Positions 23,208 through 36,770 of a DNA stretch of 64,000 bases are shown here, piece by piece. The notes beneath the pieces were generated by a model. The model was not told the origin of the DNA. It saw only the letters and a list, made by a program, of their open reading frames with translations, and did no database searches. How positions within the stretch are numbered: the first letter of the stretch is position 1; the number at the start of each line of letters is the position of its first letter. The DNA comes from Felis catus. Its lineage: Eukaryota. Location: assembly GCF_018350175.1 (NCBI RefSeq), contig NC_058368.1:104596001-104660000 (forward strand), written 5' to 3'. A program made the translations under genes and the position numbers.

Positions 23208-25597
23208 GATATGGATGACTTTCTACGTGCCAAGTGCTAACAGAAAACTCACTAGCCAGGAGAGGTTAACTTACCATAAGCCTCTGTAGATCACGGGATG
23301 AGGCTTTCAGCACCGGACTTGAAAGTGGGTGGCAACACTCAATGACTGGAAATAGTATCACTGTCTTTCAGACTGACTGAATTGAATGTGTGGCCAACCA
23401 ATGCCTGCTTGACATTTTAGAGACTGTTTCTCCAGCTGAGTAATATTGACTCCTTGCAGAACAGTCCCAACAGGCCCGTGGCAGCCGGAGCTTCTGATCA
23501 TAATGTTTATCAGATGAGAATTGCTAAGAGCTGAAGAAAAACCTGTTTACAGTTAGCTGAGAACTAGGGAGCCTGGGAACACTATTTTAATTACATATGT
23601 AAATTCCAAACACAATATTTCTTCCCTTGAACACACTTTTCATAAGTTTCCCATTAAAATATCTGAAAGAAAGGGACAGCACTCACATATGGAGAGTTGA
23701 CGTACCCTTAGTATCCTGACACCTCTTGAAGATCTTTCCATTCAGTCTAATGTGCTCTCTCTTTTTTGGATACAGAAATGTATCTGGTTGGGTTCAGACA
23801 GCACCTGCGGAAATGATAACACTGCTCAAGTTCACAGAAAATCAAAACCCTGACGTGAGACTGAAAGGATAAATATTCTCCTAGGGGAGATGTCAGTTCT
23901 GCACGTGACCGTTGGAGTGGCCCAAATGTGGCCCATAACCTTGCTTTACTCTGTTTGGACTAAGAGACCTTGCCTATTGATTTGAAGATGCAGGGTCTGA
24001 CTTTTGCTGTGGAAACAGGGCACATACACAGGAGAGTGTTGAGGTGACACCCAAGAAGAGCATAAGCAACCAATCTTCCTTTGTTGAAGGTGGTGCCAAA
24101 TGGTTTCCCAACAGTCTCTTTGGATACAGATCCCCAGCTGATGGTAAGCTAGCTGAGTCCAGGGACCCAGATAGTGGCTCTCTAGAGTTGCTGAAAAGGT
24201 AGGAAGGAATGAGTGCTCCTCGGTCCCTAAAGGCAGGTTGGGCATCTTTTGTGAGCGCCGGCTGGGCAATGACTCTGGTTCAAGTTCATTGATGACCCTG
24301 TCACTGGTAGATAGGGCGACCTGATAGCTGAAGCGATCTGACTGAAAAGGTACAAAATTCAGGCTTGAAAATGATGAATGAATTCAGACTAAGTCAGTGG
24401 AGCTACCAGGTCCTTCACACTATGGATTATAAAACCATGAAACTTAATATCCCAAGGGGAAAGAAATTGGAGCTAAAGATTTTTTAGAACATTTCTATTC
24501 ATAATGACGGAGCTAAATGTGTTAGTAAAGAGTACAAAAATATTTGCGGAGATGTGCCTTTTGCCTCTCTAATATCAGGGCAGGCAGTGTTTTCTTTGCA
24601 CAGGGTTAGAGTTGAAAATGTGGGATCAAAAATCTTGTGGGTTAAATCATTCCCTGAGCTGAGTGGTAGGAATGGCCGCCTGAACCCCTGGCTCTGACAT
24701 CAGGCTGGCCGTGACCTTGCCACGGAATTAGGATAGATCTGGGAATTGGACAAGGGTCTCACTCATGGTCCACAGTGATCCCACATCTTTTTCCCATGGA
24801 TGGTATCAGGGCTGTAGCTTCTCTGGGACCTCTTTGCACTGAGGAGATGCCCTACAGGATGCAGCACTTGAGCATGATCCCTGCTCCGTAGCCCCAGAAG
24901 GCTGTGTTTGTGGGTACTGATGAGTAAGAAGCATCTCAACAAGGGCTGATGATGGAGTTCAGCGTTGAGGGTAGGGCCCAAATCCCTTCTCACATGGCCT
25001 CTTCCCATTTACCTTAAATTTCACTGAAGACATGGGACCCACCTCACCTACTCTCCTGTCCACTTTGATAGAACTGGGCCAAAATGCAATTTTGTGTTCT
25101 TCTCCCTTTCCTCAGGCACAAGAGTTTCAGTGATCAGAGCTGAACTTTCTTAGTGACACAGATGTTATAACGCTCTGCCCAGTCCCCTGTTCTGGGGACA
25201 GCTAGGGGAACAAGTAACTATAAAAGTCTCAGAACAGGTTTCCTCCCACAGCACTGCTGGTAGGATGCTGACAGCAACAAGCAGTCACCCTTGGACTCGG
25301 AGTCTCTTCTTTTTATTTAAGACTCTAGGGATTAAACAAGTGACATTTGCCAAAATGTTCTAAGCATTGTGGTGTGTTTCAGTTACATCATGCAAATCAA
25401 TGCTTTAACCATCAGAAATCTTGGAAAGATTTTATGTATAGTCTCATTTGAAGAAAAGATTACAAGTCTCCATTTGGGGCCCCTTGTCGGAGTGAGACCT
25501 GACCTAACTGGCCTGGATCCCTCTGCAAAATGCCTGGGCAGCTAGACAGAGGTGCTAAGCCCAGGTCTTTTGTGAACTCCTAGAAGAGGGAGCAGTG

Positions 25598-26088
25598 ATG
25601 ATTTAGAGTTTGGCTGAAAGTGACAATGTCCTAAAAATTATATCTTAAACAAGATTGTTTCTATTTATTTCATTAAAAAAGAAACCTGGAGATACGGCAA
25701 TCCAGGGCTGGTGTGGTAGCAACAGTGCCAGGAAACTGCTCTTGTTGTGCTGTGTTCTGTGTGTGGCCTCCATCCTCAGGGCCACCTCACAGTCCAAGAT
25801 GGCTGCTTGGATCTAGCCATTACATCATCTTTACAAGCAGCAGCGTGGACAGAGGGAGAGAAGATATTTACCCCTCCCTTACAAGAAGGTTTCTTGAACT
25901 TACAGCACAGCATTTCTTCGCTCAGGTCATTGGCCAAAACTAGTTATGTCCTAAGCTGACTGAAAAGGAAGCTGGGAAGAAATCTTGTAGGTGAAAAGCA
26001 GTGTATCTTCCTTTTAAAAATTCAGAATTCTTTTAGGAGGAAGTGGAGGGGAGTAGATATGGAGAGGCCGCTAGCAGTGTCTGCCACA
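25598..26088 (-). mobile_element. MaLR LTR (MLT1J-like)
   Basis: tccagggctgg...gtccaagatggctgc...cattggccaaaactag...gctgggaag...tagcagtgtctgccaca. Confidence 0.75.
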
Positions 26089-26281
26089 GCGAGCTGACCC
26101 TCATGTTTTCCTGTCTCACAAGATCTTGGATTAAAGTTTTCTTAGGTTTTTATAGGTTTTGGATCAAAAGCCCCCACCATTGGATGACCAGGCCTTGACC
26201 TTCCTCATACCCGTCTCAAACACCCCTCCCTTCACTGCCTGGAAAACTGGCATCCTTATGCTTTTGCTGTTTTTCTCTGTG

Positions 26282-26448
26282 TTATTTTATTTTTATTTGT
26301 TTATTTTGAGATAGAGAGAGAGGGAAAATCCCAAGCAGGCTCCATATGGTCACTGGAGAGTCTGATGGGGAGCTCAGACTCAGGAACCGCGAGATCATGA
26401 CCTGAGCTGAAGTTGGACCCTCAGCCAGCTGAGCCACCCAGGAGCCCC
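26282..26448 (-). mobile_element. CAN-SINE, diverged
   Basis: gagatcatgacctgagctgaag...gagccacccaggagcccc; T-rich tail. Confidence 0.9.
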
Positions 26449-27323
26449 TATTTGTGTTCTTTTCAACCATCGTTTGCTGCTGATCTGATTGCCAGTCTTT
26501 AATAGACTTGTAGTCCATAAAGCCTGATATATTAGAAGTGGGCTGCTGTAATATCCCACTCTGTTAGGGAATTTAACTTCTGGTTTCCTTTGAGGAATGG
26601 CCCAGAGACCTTACCAAGTGCCAGCAATACAAGTGGACTCTGGAGCGGAAGGAACACATCCTTTTCTGCTTCACTTGCTTTGATGCCCCTGCAACCAGGA
26701 GGCCGTGCTGTCCCTGGAGTCTGTCTCACTGATCTTGGCGTCATTCGTGGACGTTGTCCATGCTGATGTTCATCACCTTGTGAAACTTAGGTCTGCAGAG
26801 GTTGCCAGCTGGGGCAGCGAGGTGATGGGTCATTTCATAGTACAATTGTTTTGGTAGAATATCTAGTTTCCTAGGTAAAATTTCCCTGCACTCTTTGGTC
26901 TCTGCTGGTTTTAATAGTATCAGTGTAACCACCTAGTCCTTTTCATCCTGGTATGTTTGGAGACCAGCAGGAGACTGGGTCAGGAAGAAATAAAGGATTA
27001 TATGGGAAGAAGAGTGCGGAATTAGGGCCAAAATGCCATAACACAAGCGGCATGGACGTGGGAGTGAGCACTTGGTGGCTTGCTTCCAGGCACAGATATA
27101 AGCCTCAACTCCAGAAGAGCCAGGCCCCCTGCCAGATCTGTTGTGACATTTAACTGAGTTGCTCTTCAGTGTGATTTCTTTAATGAGAGTGAAAGAGGTG
27201 GAGTTCTAGCTGTGCTTCTGGGAATTTCACAGAAGCTTGCATATGCCCAGGGGATATTACCTGAATATTATCTGTGAGTGTGATAGGCCAAAAAGAAACA
27301 TGGGTTTAGGGAATTACAGAAGT

Positions 27324-27725
27324 CTTTATTTGAGCTTTGTCAAGTCTCTTGATTAGTTGACCCATGATATTCTTGAATTTGACAGGAGAAATGTAGTATA
27401 TTTGAACCTGATTGAATCAGCATATCCAATGGGTGCTTATTAATGGAGGTGGATGTCTAATGGGTGTAATGAGTCTTCTGTCCTTGTTTGTTGAAGATAC
27501 AGAGGCATGCTGATTAAGTTTTCAGGTAACATTAAATTGGCAGCGATAGCTAATATGCTAGATAGTAAGTTAAAAAGAATCCGGTTCCAAAATCTCCTCA
27601 GCAGTCTGAAGTGGTGAGATAAGCCAACAGCGTGAAGATTAATGAGAAATAAATTTGATGTGCTCTCTGGAGTCCAAACTACCAACTTTATGCATATATG
27701 TTGAAGGGTGCATGCTTAGGTCCAC
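27324..27725 (+). mobile_element. CR1/L3 LINE reverse-transcriptase fossil
   Basis: 27324-27374 reads LYLSFVKSLD*LTHDIL (cf. YLDFSKAFDxVSHDIL); 27504-27566 reads GMLIKFSGNIKLAAIANMLDS (cf. KFADDTKLGG). Confidence 0.8.
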
Positions 27726-27734
27726 TATATTTGA

Positions 27735-27941
27735 TTTTTCTTTAATGTTTGTTTATTTTTGAGAGCAAGAGACAGCGTGAGCAGGGGAGGAACAGAGAGA
27801 GAGGGACGCACAGAATCTGAAGTAGGCCCAGGCTCTGAGCTGTCAGCACAGAGCCTGATGCGGGGTTCGAACCCATGTACCTTGAGATCATGACCTGAGC
27901 CGAAGTTAGACGCTTAACCAACTGAGCCACCCAGGTGCCCC
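27735..27941 (-). mobile_element. CAN-SINE (SINEC_Fc-like)
   Basis: TSD aggtccac(t/c)atatttga (27718, 27942). Confidence 0.95.
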
Positions 27942-28435
27942 AGGTCCACCATATTTGAGCGGCATTGTAACTGTCACTCATTCCTTTATTTGACAAATAT
28001 TCTTCAACTTCTTTGTCAGTGCTGGGGATTTGAAGGTAGACAAGATAGACATGATTCATTTTCTTATGGAAACAAACCAGAAGGAAAACAAGGAATGATT
28101 GATTATGCAATGGTGAATAAAAGCAGTATCTTAGGGAATGTATAGCCTTAATATCAAGGGAAGTTCACTTTGAGGAAGTGACATTAAAGCTGAGATCTGG
28201 AGGATGAGTAGGAGTTGGCTTGCCAGGCAATGGGGAGAGAAAGAATGATGCCGCAAGAGGGAACAACATGTGTAATGGCCTGGAAGTAATACGACATAAA
28301 ATGTTGAAGGAAGGGGACGAGGTTTATTAAGACTATAGCATAAAGGGTGGGAAACGTAATGAGAGATGAAATTGGAGAGTGAAGACTGGAGTAGGTCTGG
28401 AAGGATTTTGCAAGTCAGGTAAAGAGCTTGGATAG

Positions 28436-28532
28436 TTTTTTATTATGGACTCTAGCTGTCACACAATATTGCATTAGTTTCAGGTGTACATCATACTGAT
28501 TCTGTGTGTGTGTGTGTCTGTGTGTGTGTGTG
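28436..28532 (-). mobile_element. Tiny L1 3'-end fragment plus (TG)n
   Basis: acaatattgcattagtttcaggtgtacatcatactgattc. Confidence 0.6.
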
Positions 28533-28820
28533 ATGAGAAAGCATGAAAAAGTCTTAAGCAACAGTGACTTAGTCAGATTTTCATCTTGGAAGTTTCCCAC
28601 CAGCTTCACTGTAAAGAAGGGAAGAGGCAGGAGGGGGCATAATAGGTGCCTGGTGACCTGCTGGGAGCATGTTGTAGTCCTTGAGGTTAGAGATGTTGGT
28701 GGCCCCCTCCAGTGACAGTGCAGATGGAACCAAGTGGGCAGAGCTGAAAAGCAGAAAAAGAATCAGGACTTGGTGATGGTTTGGGTGTGGAGGCAAGAGA
28801 AGACTCAAGAGTGATTCTCA

Positions 28821-29037
28821 GGGGCGCCTGGGTGGCTCAGTCGGTTAAGCGTCCGATTTTGGCTCAGGTCATGATCTCGCGGTCTGTGAGTTCAAGCCCC
28901 GTGTCAGGCTCTGTGCTGACAGCTCAGAGCCTGGAGCCTGTTTCAGATTCTGTGTCTCCCTCTCTCTCTGACCCTCCCCCATTCATGCTCTGTGTCTCTG
29001 TCTCAAAAATAAATAAATGTTAAAAAAAGTTGAAAAA
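28821..29037 (+). mobile_element. CAN-SINE (SINEC_Fc-like) inside L2
   Basis: Near-consensus; TSD agtgattctca (28810, 29038). Confidence 0.96.
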
Positions 29038-29364
29038 AGTGATTCTCAGGCTTCAGTCTTGGGACAACTGAGTGGATAGTAAAGCACTTTTTAATTTTGA
29101 GGAACAATGGGTGAGGAGCATCTTTGGGAGAAAAAATGATCTATTCAATTGAGACTTGTTGAGTTTGAGGTGATACGGTGTTTTCCAAATAGTGATGTCC
29201 AGTGGGCGGTTGAATAAAAATTATGGAAGAGGGAGAGATTTGGGCTGAAGATACGGATTTGAGAACAAACTCAATGAGCCAAAAAGAGAGAAGAAAAAAA
29301 AAAAACAATAAGAATTTGGTCTTTGGTCATATTTATAAAAGTAGGGAGCCTAAGAATAAAGAAA

Positions 29365-29550
29365 GTGATAGTTGTGGCTCTGGGGTATAAGATGGCCCAG
29401 GGGCAAAGATGCCTGGCTTTGCTTCCTACAGACTGTGTGAGCCTGAGGGTAATGACTTAAGGCTTTGAGTTTCACTGTCTTTATGATAAATTGGAGATTA
29501 TTGAGATGAGACCCTGGAATGTGCAACTTTGTCACCCGAGGATGCGTTAA
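29365..29550 (+). mobile_element. MIR remnant
   Basis: cctggctttgcttcctacagactgtgtgagcctgagggtaatgacttaa. Confidence 0.55.
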
Positions 29551-30574
29551 AGAGTTCGGGGCTGGTCAGCTTGGTATACAGGAGGTTTGAGACAGCAATT
29601 TACACATGCACCAAAGACTTCCAGAAGAACAAGGAGAGAGAATTGCCCAGTGGGACCCTGGAGGATATAGGATAAACTGACAGGAGTTTCAGGGAGGCTG
29701 ACCTCAGCTCATTATCATGGGAACCTGCTAATAGTCAAAACGCTCTAAAGATAGAACAGTTTGTTCTTAGGGCAGGAGGACTTCCTCCTTTCTGAATTAG
29801 AGAGCCTATGATTGCAGCTGGAGTCCTAGCTGGTACTGGAGGTGGGGTTGGAACGAGTGCCTCGTTTGAATAGGGTGTTTATTTAGGGCCTGGTGTCCTT
29901 AATAAGCTCATTAAAATTTATTACAACGTTCATTCTCACATTTGTTCTCTAACCATAAAAGAGATTGTTTTTCACCGCTAGGGCAGGGGCAGGAGTAGGG
30001 CAGGGGCTGCATGTTTTTTAAATAGAAACACCTCCCTCACTTGAGCCGGCCTCCTGCAAAGGGCCAGCCCCCATGTCCCAAAGGCACACAGCCTGGTGTG
30101 CTGGAGAGAGGGCACAGAACAGCCCCGGAGGACTGCTGTGAGGTTTTGTTTCTTTGGTGACCTCTCTTACCCCCTGAATGCTTCCTGATTCTTCCCCAGC
30201 TGAGCAGTCTCCACCCTCCTCCCCTTCACCCACCCTCTCAGCCCTCCGTCCAGGATACCCCTTCAGGGAAGGCACAGTGATACGTAATAAATAAAAAGAG
30301 GTCAAGATTTTAAATCTCACCATCCTGGGTTTATTTTCTGATAGTAAAATGGAAGGAAAATAGAGTGAAACCTTCATGATTTATGGGCCCCCTACCCTTC
30401 GGAGGTTTTCCAATTGCATCTTTGCGCTCTGCTTGACATTTATGATATAAGGTATTAATATCTGGAGAGAAGAGCTGCTGGTACTAATTATTCAAGCTTG
30501 CTCTGACAGTGAACTGGTGAGCAACACTCATATGTCAGATCCTATCTACGCATTAAGTCTTTAACTTAAAATAG

Positions 30575-30722
30575 GTGGGAATTATGAGGCGCTATGGGCT
30601 TTCTCTGTATAGATTCCACGGAAAGTCTATAGGATATATTAGTAAATCAGCCATGACGGGGTTGCTGAAAAGCAAGCCAATAAGTGTCTGATATATGGAA
30701 TCTTCAGGAAAGTCTTTGACTT
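30575..30722 (+). mobile_element. Possible second CR1/L3 ORF2 fragment
   Basis: gggaattatgagg (GNY), atatatggaatcttcaggaaagtctttgac (IYGIFRKVFD, cf. IYLDFSKAFD). Confidence 0.4.
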
Positions 30723-31211
30723 AAGAAATGTGCCAGAGACAATAAAATGCTACAAGGGAGAGAAAATGAAAATGATGGGGACTCACTTTTTTTTTTTAAC
30801 TCAGAAAGGAAAACGTTTGCCTCCTCTTCTAATTCTTCGAGTTGTCAGATGTGTCTTGTTTCTAGTAGCTATTTGTAAAATTAATCATTTCAACAGTATC
30901 AAACAGACTGAGTTTTTACACTTGATAAATTTTTGATGTTAAACCTTTGAAAAATGCAGGGATGTGATTTTTTTTTTTTTCCTCTCAACAGTTTCTCCCC
31001 AGAAGCCGGTGTTAATTTGCAGATGCCAACACATGACTAATGGTTTTATCTCAAAAGATTAATACACATTAAATCAACATAGGACTAAGGGCTCATGACT
31101 GTATTTATTGACTTTTGTCTTGCGAGAGTCCAGATTTTGTGATTCTGACAGGTGGCCCGCCATCTCCTCACTGAGGGACAGTAGTTGTTAAGTTAATTGG
31201 TCAGTCAGCCT

Positions 31212-31789
31212 GGTGGACCCTCTTATGGCCTATCTAACAGCCAATCCTCTCTTCTTCCTTGTTAAAGAACACGGATGATTTTGTTTGGGAAGCAATGCGC
31301 TCTGTCCCAGCTAATGAGATAAGATTGGTATAAGCCAATTAAGGTAAACTATGCCTTTGCCTGTGACTGGTGTGAGGGCAAGAGGGTGACCGAATTCTGG
31401 CCCATAAAATGTAAGAGACGTAGGGTTTGAAGAAGTTGGAAGGAGAAGGGATGGTGGTTTCTGGAAAAGAAATAAGAAGAGATTATCATGTGGGAGTTAA
31501 TCCTTTGTGCCTCTGCTAATTTCCTTGTCAGTTTTGGATGTGGTCGTGAGACAACTAGTAGCTGCAGCTTGGCAGGCTGCTGGGATCCTGAGTGGGGACC
31601 GTAGACAGTGCTGTGGGCGGCGGAATGGAAACATGGAAAGAGCCTGGGTTCTCCCTGATGTCATCAGGCCCCCAAACCTCTCTGCCTAACTCTGGATCTC
31701 TTTTTTTTAAAAGCAGCAACGTCGCGTTATAAGCCGCTGTTAGTCATGTTTTCTGTATATTGCTACGGGAAATATTCCTAACAATTACA
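31212..31789 (+). mobile_element. Old MaLR LTR (MLT1K/L-like)
   Basis: gattggtataagccaa...gtgaccgaattctggccc...atggaaagagcctggg...taagccgctgttag...cctaacaattaca. Confidence 0.7.
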
Positions 31790-32352
31790 GTTAAGTCGTC
31801 AGGCCTGGGAATTGTTCTTGCTTTATGTTTTTTTAGTTTATAAAAGTCATACTTGCGTGTAGTATAACAAAATGTGAACGATATATAAAAGCATTAAATG
31901 ACGAATGAACATCTGTCATCCTCCCTCCCGGTACCACCTTCAGAAGAAAGCACCCCGCTTTTAATTACTTCGGTTTTTAGTCCCTGATGCTTATAACTTA
32001 AAGTAACTTGTCTGTTTGCCTATTCTGAATATATTATTTGGACAGTACCTGTTGCCTCCCCACTCCAAAAGATGAGGAATGTATCTTCACCTTCCACTCC
32101 CTCCCATATTTATTGCATTTTCTTTATTGTTTACATTTGTAGCTTTAAATCAGTAAACACCACTTCTCACATTTTTACTATATAAGCATTATTACCTTCA
32201 AAATAAAGTGAAGAAGTTTAATCCCTAGAAAAGAGAATGCAATTCTATATCATTAAACTATTCAAGAGAGCACGTTCTAGGCATTAGATTCTCTTGCTTC
32301 ATACTCAAATTCTTTGAAGTCATGCCACACTTGAGTTCATATTTGTACATTG

Positions 32353-32573
32353 TTTTTTTTTTTTTATTTTCTTGGTGTTTATTTATTTTTGATGGAGAGA
32401 GACAGAGCATGAGCGGGGGAGGGGCAGAGAGAGAGGGAGACACAGAATCGGAAACAGGCTCCAGCTCCGAGCTGTCAGCCCAGAGCCTGACGCGGGGCTC
32501 GAACTCACAGACCGCGAGATCGTGACCTGAGCCGAAGTCGGGTGCTCAACCGACTGAGCCACCCAGGCGCCCC
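32353..32573 (-). mobile_element. CAN-SINE (SINEC_Fc-like)
   Basis: Near-consensus and CpG-rich. Confidence 0.95.
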
Positions 32574-35204
32574 TGTAGAGTGGTTTCTTAAACAACTGTT
32601 TTTGCTCATCTTTTATCTTGTTGCTAATTGCTTTATTTTTTTTTTCTTGAGAGTGGAAACACGAATGTTTGCATTACATCACTGACATATCAACTCCCCT
32701 CCCCCCTCCCCCACCGTTTTTTAGTTTCAGGTATACACCATAGTGATTCAACTTTTATATACATTATGAAGCGATCACCATGATAAATCTAGCTACCATC
32801 TGTCACCATACAGTGTTGTTACAGTATTATGAACTCTGTTCCTTACGCTGTATGTTGCATCCCTTTGTCTTACATATTTTATAACTAGCAATTTGTACCT
32901 TTTAATCCCCTTTCCCTCTTTCTCTCATATTCCCACCCCCTCCCCTCTGGCAACCATCTGATTGTTCTCTGTATCTATGAGTCTATTTCTGTTCTGTTTT
33001 GTTGCTTTTGTGTTTTACATTCCACATAGAAGTAAAAGATGAGGAATTTATTTTCAGCTTCTACTCTCTTCCATTTTTATTACATTTTTTATTATATAAT
33101 GCTGCAGTAAACATAGGGGTGCATATATATTTTTTGAATTCGTGTTTTAGGATAAATACCCAAAGGTGAAATTGCTGAATCATATGGTAATTCTATTTTT
33201 ACTTTTTTTGAGGAAACTGCATAGTGGAAGATTATAGTGGCTGTGCCATTTTTTCATTACCACCAATAGTGCGTGACAGCTCCCTTTTCTCCACATTCTC
33301 ACCGACTCTTGTTATTTCTTGTCTTTTTGATACTAGCCATTCTAACAGGTGTGAGATGATATTTCATGGTAGTTTTCATTTGCATTTCCCTCATGATGAG
33401 TGATGTTGAGCATTTTTCATGTGTCTATTGTCCATCTGGGTATCTTCTTTAGAGAAATATCTATTCAGTCTTCTCATCTTTTAATTGGATTTTAAGGTTT
33501 TTTTTTTTTTTTTGCTATTTTTTGCTATTTATTCTTCATATATTTTGGATATTAACCCTTTATCAGTTATATCATTGGTTACAACATTTGCAAATGTCTT
33601 CTCTCATTCAGTAGGTTCCCTTTACATTTTGTTGATTGTTTCCTTGGCTGTGAAAAAGCGTTTTTAGTTTGAAGTATTCCCATTTGTTTATTTTTCCTTT
33701 ATTGCCCTTGCCTGAGGAAACAGATAAAAAAAAATAGTGGTAAGACCTATGTCCAAAAGTTTATTGCCCGAATTTTCTTCTAGGACTTTGGTTTCCAGTC
33801 TTACATTCAAGTCTTTAATCCATTTTGACTTTAATTTTGTATATGATGTAAGAAGATGGTCCAGTTTCATTCTTTGGCATGTGGTTGTCCAGTTTTCCCA
33901 GCATCACTTATTGAACAGATTGTCTTTTTCCCAGTGTATATTTTTGTCTTTGTCATAGATTAGTTGATACTATAAGCATGGGGGTGTTTGTTTTTGTTTT
34001 TGTTTTTGTTTTTGTTTTTGTTTTTGTTTGTTCGTTTTCTGGGATTTCTATTACACTCCTTTGATCTATGTGTCTATTTTTGTGTTAGTACCATACTGTT
34101 TTGATTACTACAGCCTTGTAGTATAATTTGAAGTCAGGGAGTCTGATACCTCCAGCTCTGTTTTTTTTTCGTTTTGTTTGCTTTGTTTGTTTTGTGTTTT
34201 CCCCTCAAGATCACCTTTGCTATTTGGGCTCTTTTGTGGTTCCATAGAAATTTTAGTATTGTTTGCTCTAGTTCTGTGACAAATTCCATTGGTATTGTGA
34301 CAGGAATTGTATTAAATCTGTAGATTGCATTGGTTAGTGTGGACACTTTACAATGCTAATTCTTTCAGTCTATGAGCATAGTGTGTCTTTCCATTTATTG
34401 TGTTGTCTTAAATTTCTTTCATCAATGTCTTATAATTTTCAGAATACAAGTCTTTCACCTCCTTGGCTGAATTTATTCCTAGGTATTTTATTTTGTGCAC
34501 TTGTAAATGGAATTACTTTCTTAATTTCTATTTCTGGTAGTTAATTATTAATGTGTAGAAATGCAATAGATTTCTGTATATTAATTTTGTATCCTGCAGC
34601 TTTACTGAATTCATCTTTTTCGTAGTATTTTTTTTTTTTTGAGTCCTTAGGATTTTCTGTGTATAGTATGTTGTCTGCAGATAGTTATATTTTTACTTCT
34701 TCCTTTCCGGTTTGGACATCTTTTATTTCTTTTTCTTTTCTGATTGCTGTGGCTAAGACTTCCAATAGTATGTTGAATTAAAATGGTGAGAGTGGGCATC
34801 TTTTCCTTGTTCCTGATCTGAGATGGAAAGGTTTTAGCTTTTCACCATTGAGTAGGATGTTGGCTGTGGGTTTGTCATATCTGGTCTTTATTATGTTGAG
34901 CTATGTCCCTTCTATACTGACCTTGTTAAGAGTTTTTATTATAAATGGATGTTGAATCTTGTCACATGCTTTTTCTGCATCTATTGAGATAATCATAGGA
35001 TTTTTATCCTTCTTTTTGTTAATGTGTTGTGTCACATTGATTTGTGGATGGTGAACCATCCTTATATCGTTGGAATAAATCCTACTTGATCATGGTACAG
35101 GATCTGCTTAGTGTATTGTTGCAATTTAGTTTGATAATATTTTTCAAATGATGATTGCAAAATGATGACTTTTGCATCTGTGTTTATTAGGGATCTTGGC
35201 CTTT

Positions 35205-35242
<38 letters not shown>

Positions 35243-36574
35243 TTTCATTTTGGTATCAGGGTAATGCTGGCCTCATTTAATGAGTTTGGAAGTATTTGTT
35301 TAGTTTTTTGGAATAGTTTGAAAAGGACAGGTATTATTTTTTCTTTAAGTGTTTGGTACAGTTTCACCTGTGAAGATACCTGGTCTTGGACTTTTGTGCT
35401 TGGGGACTTTTGTGTGTCTGAAACCTATTTAATTGCATTACCAGTAATTGGTCTATTCCAACTATTTCTTTTTGATTCATTCTTGGAAAATGGTATGTTT
35501 CTAAGAAGTTGTCTATTTCCTCTAGGTTGTCCCATTTCTTGGCATATAATTATAATAGTCTCTGAAGATCATTTGTATTTGTATAATATTGGTTATAACT
35601 TCCTCTGTTTTGTTTCTGATTTTATTTATTTGGATACTTTCTTTTGGTGTGTGTGTGTGTGTGTGTGTGTGTCTTGCTATAGGTTTATCAATTTTCTGTG
35701 TCTTTTCAAAGAAACAGCTCTTACTTTCATTGATCTTTTCCATTTGTTCTTTTTTTTTTTGGTCTCTCATTGATTTCCACTCTAATCTGTATTATGTCTT
35801 TTCTTATATTAACTTTGAGCTTTGTTCTTTTTGCTAGCTTCTTTAGGTATAAGGTTATATATTTTGAGATTTTTCTTGTTTGTTTTGGTGAGTCTGTATT
35901 GCTATGAACTTACCTCTTAGAACTGCTTTTGCTATGTCTGATAGGTTTTGGACTGTTTTGTTTCCATTTTCTTTTGTCTCAAGGTACGTTTTGATTTCCT
36001 ATTTGTTTTTTGGGGGCTTATTGGTTTTTTGATAGCATGCTGGTTAGTCTCCATGTGTTTGTTTTTTTTTCCCAGGTTTTTTTTTCCCTGTAATTGATTT
36101 CTAATTTTATACTGTTCTAGTTAGAAAATATGCTTGATATTATTTCAGTCTTCTTAAATTTATTGAGAGTTGTTTTGTGGTCTAACATGATACATGTTGG
36201 AAAATGATATGCATTTGTAAAGAATGTGCATTCTGCTGGTTTGGGTTGGAATGCTCTATATATATCCATTAAGTCCATCTGTTCTAATGTGTTGTTTAAG
36301 TCCAGTGTTTCTTCATTGATATTCGATCTGGATGATCAACTCATTGATATATGTGGGGTGTCAGAGTCCCCTACTATTACTGTATTTTGTCAGTTTCTTC
36401 CTTTATGTTTGATAATAATTGTGTGATGTATTTAGGTACTCCTATGTTGGGTGTTTATATATTTATATGTGTCATATCCTCTTATTGGATTGAGCCCTTT
36501 ATCAATATGTAATGTCGTTTTTTTTTTTTTTTTGGTCTCTTGTTACACCCACCCATTTTTAAAGGATATTAACA

Positions 36575-36770
36575 TTTTTTAAATGTTTTTTTTGAGACAG
36601 ACAGAGAGAATGCACAAGTGGGAGAGAGAGAAGGAGACACAGAATTCAAAGCAGATTCCAGGCTCTGAGCTGTCAGCACAGAACCTGACATGGGGCTTGA
36701 ACCCACGAACCACGAGATCATGACCTGAGCCAAAATGGACACTTAACTGACTGAGCCACCTGGGCTCCAC
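36575..36770 (-). mobile_element. CAN-SINE nested in L1
   Basis: ccaggctctgagctgtcagcacaga...gagatcatgacctgagcc. Confidence 0.92.

Larger units (their letters stand above)
27975..29270 (-). mobile_element. L2 LINE remnant with nested insertions
   Basis: cattcctttatttgacaaatatt terminus; gaggaagtgacattaaagctgagatctggaggatgagtaggag; ttgagtttgaggtg. Confidence 0.85.

Noticed and set aside
26605..26800. Possible minus-strand exon (acceptor near 26793, donor near 26612)
   Set aside because: All frames contain stops and there is no other support
33688..35770. L1 ORF2-like ORFs as CDS
   Set aside because: Short fragments of a disrupted L1
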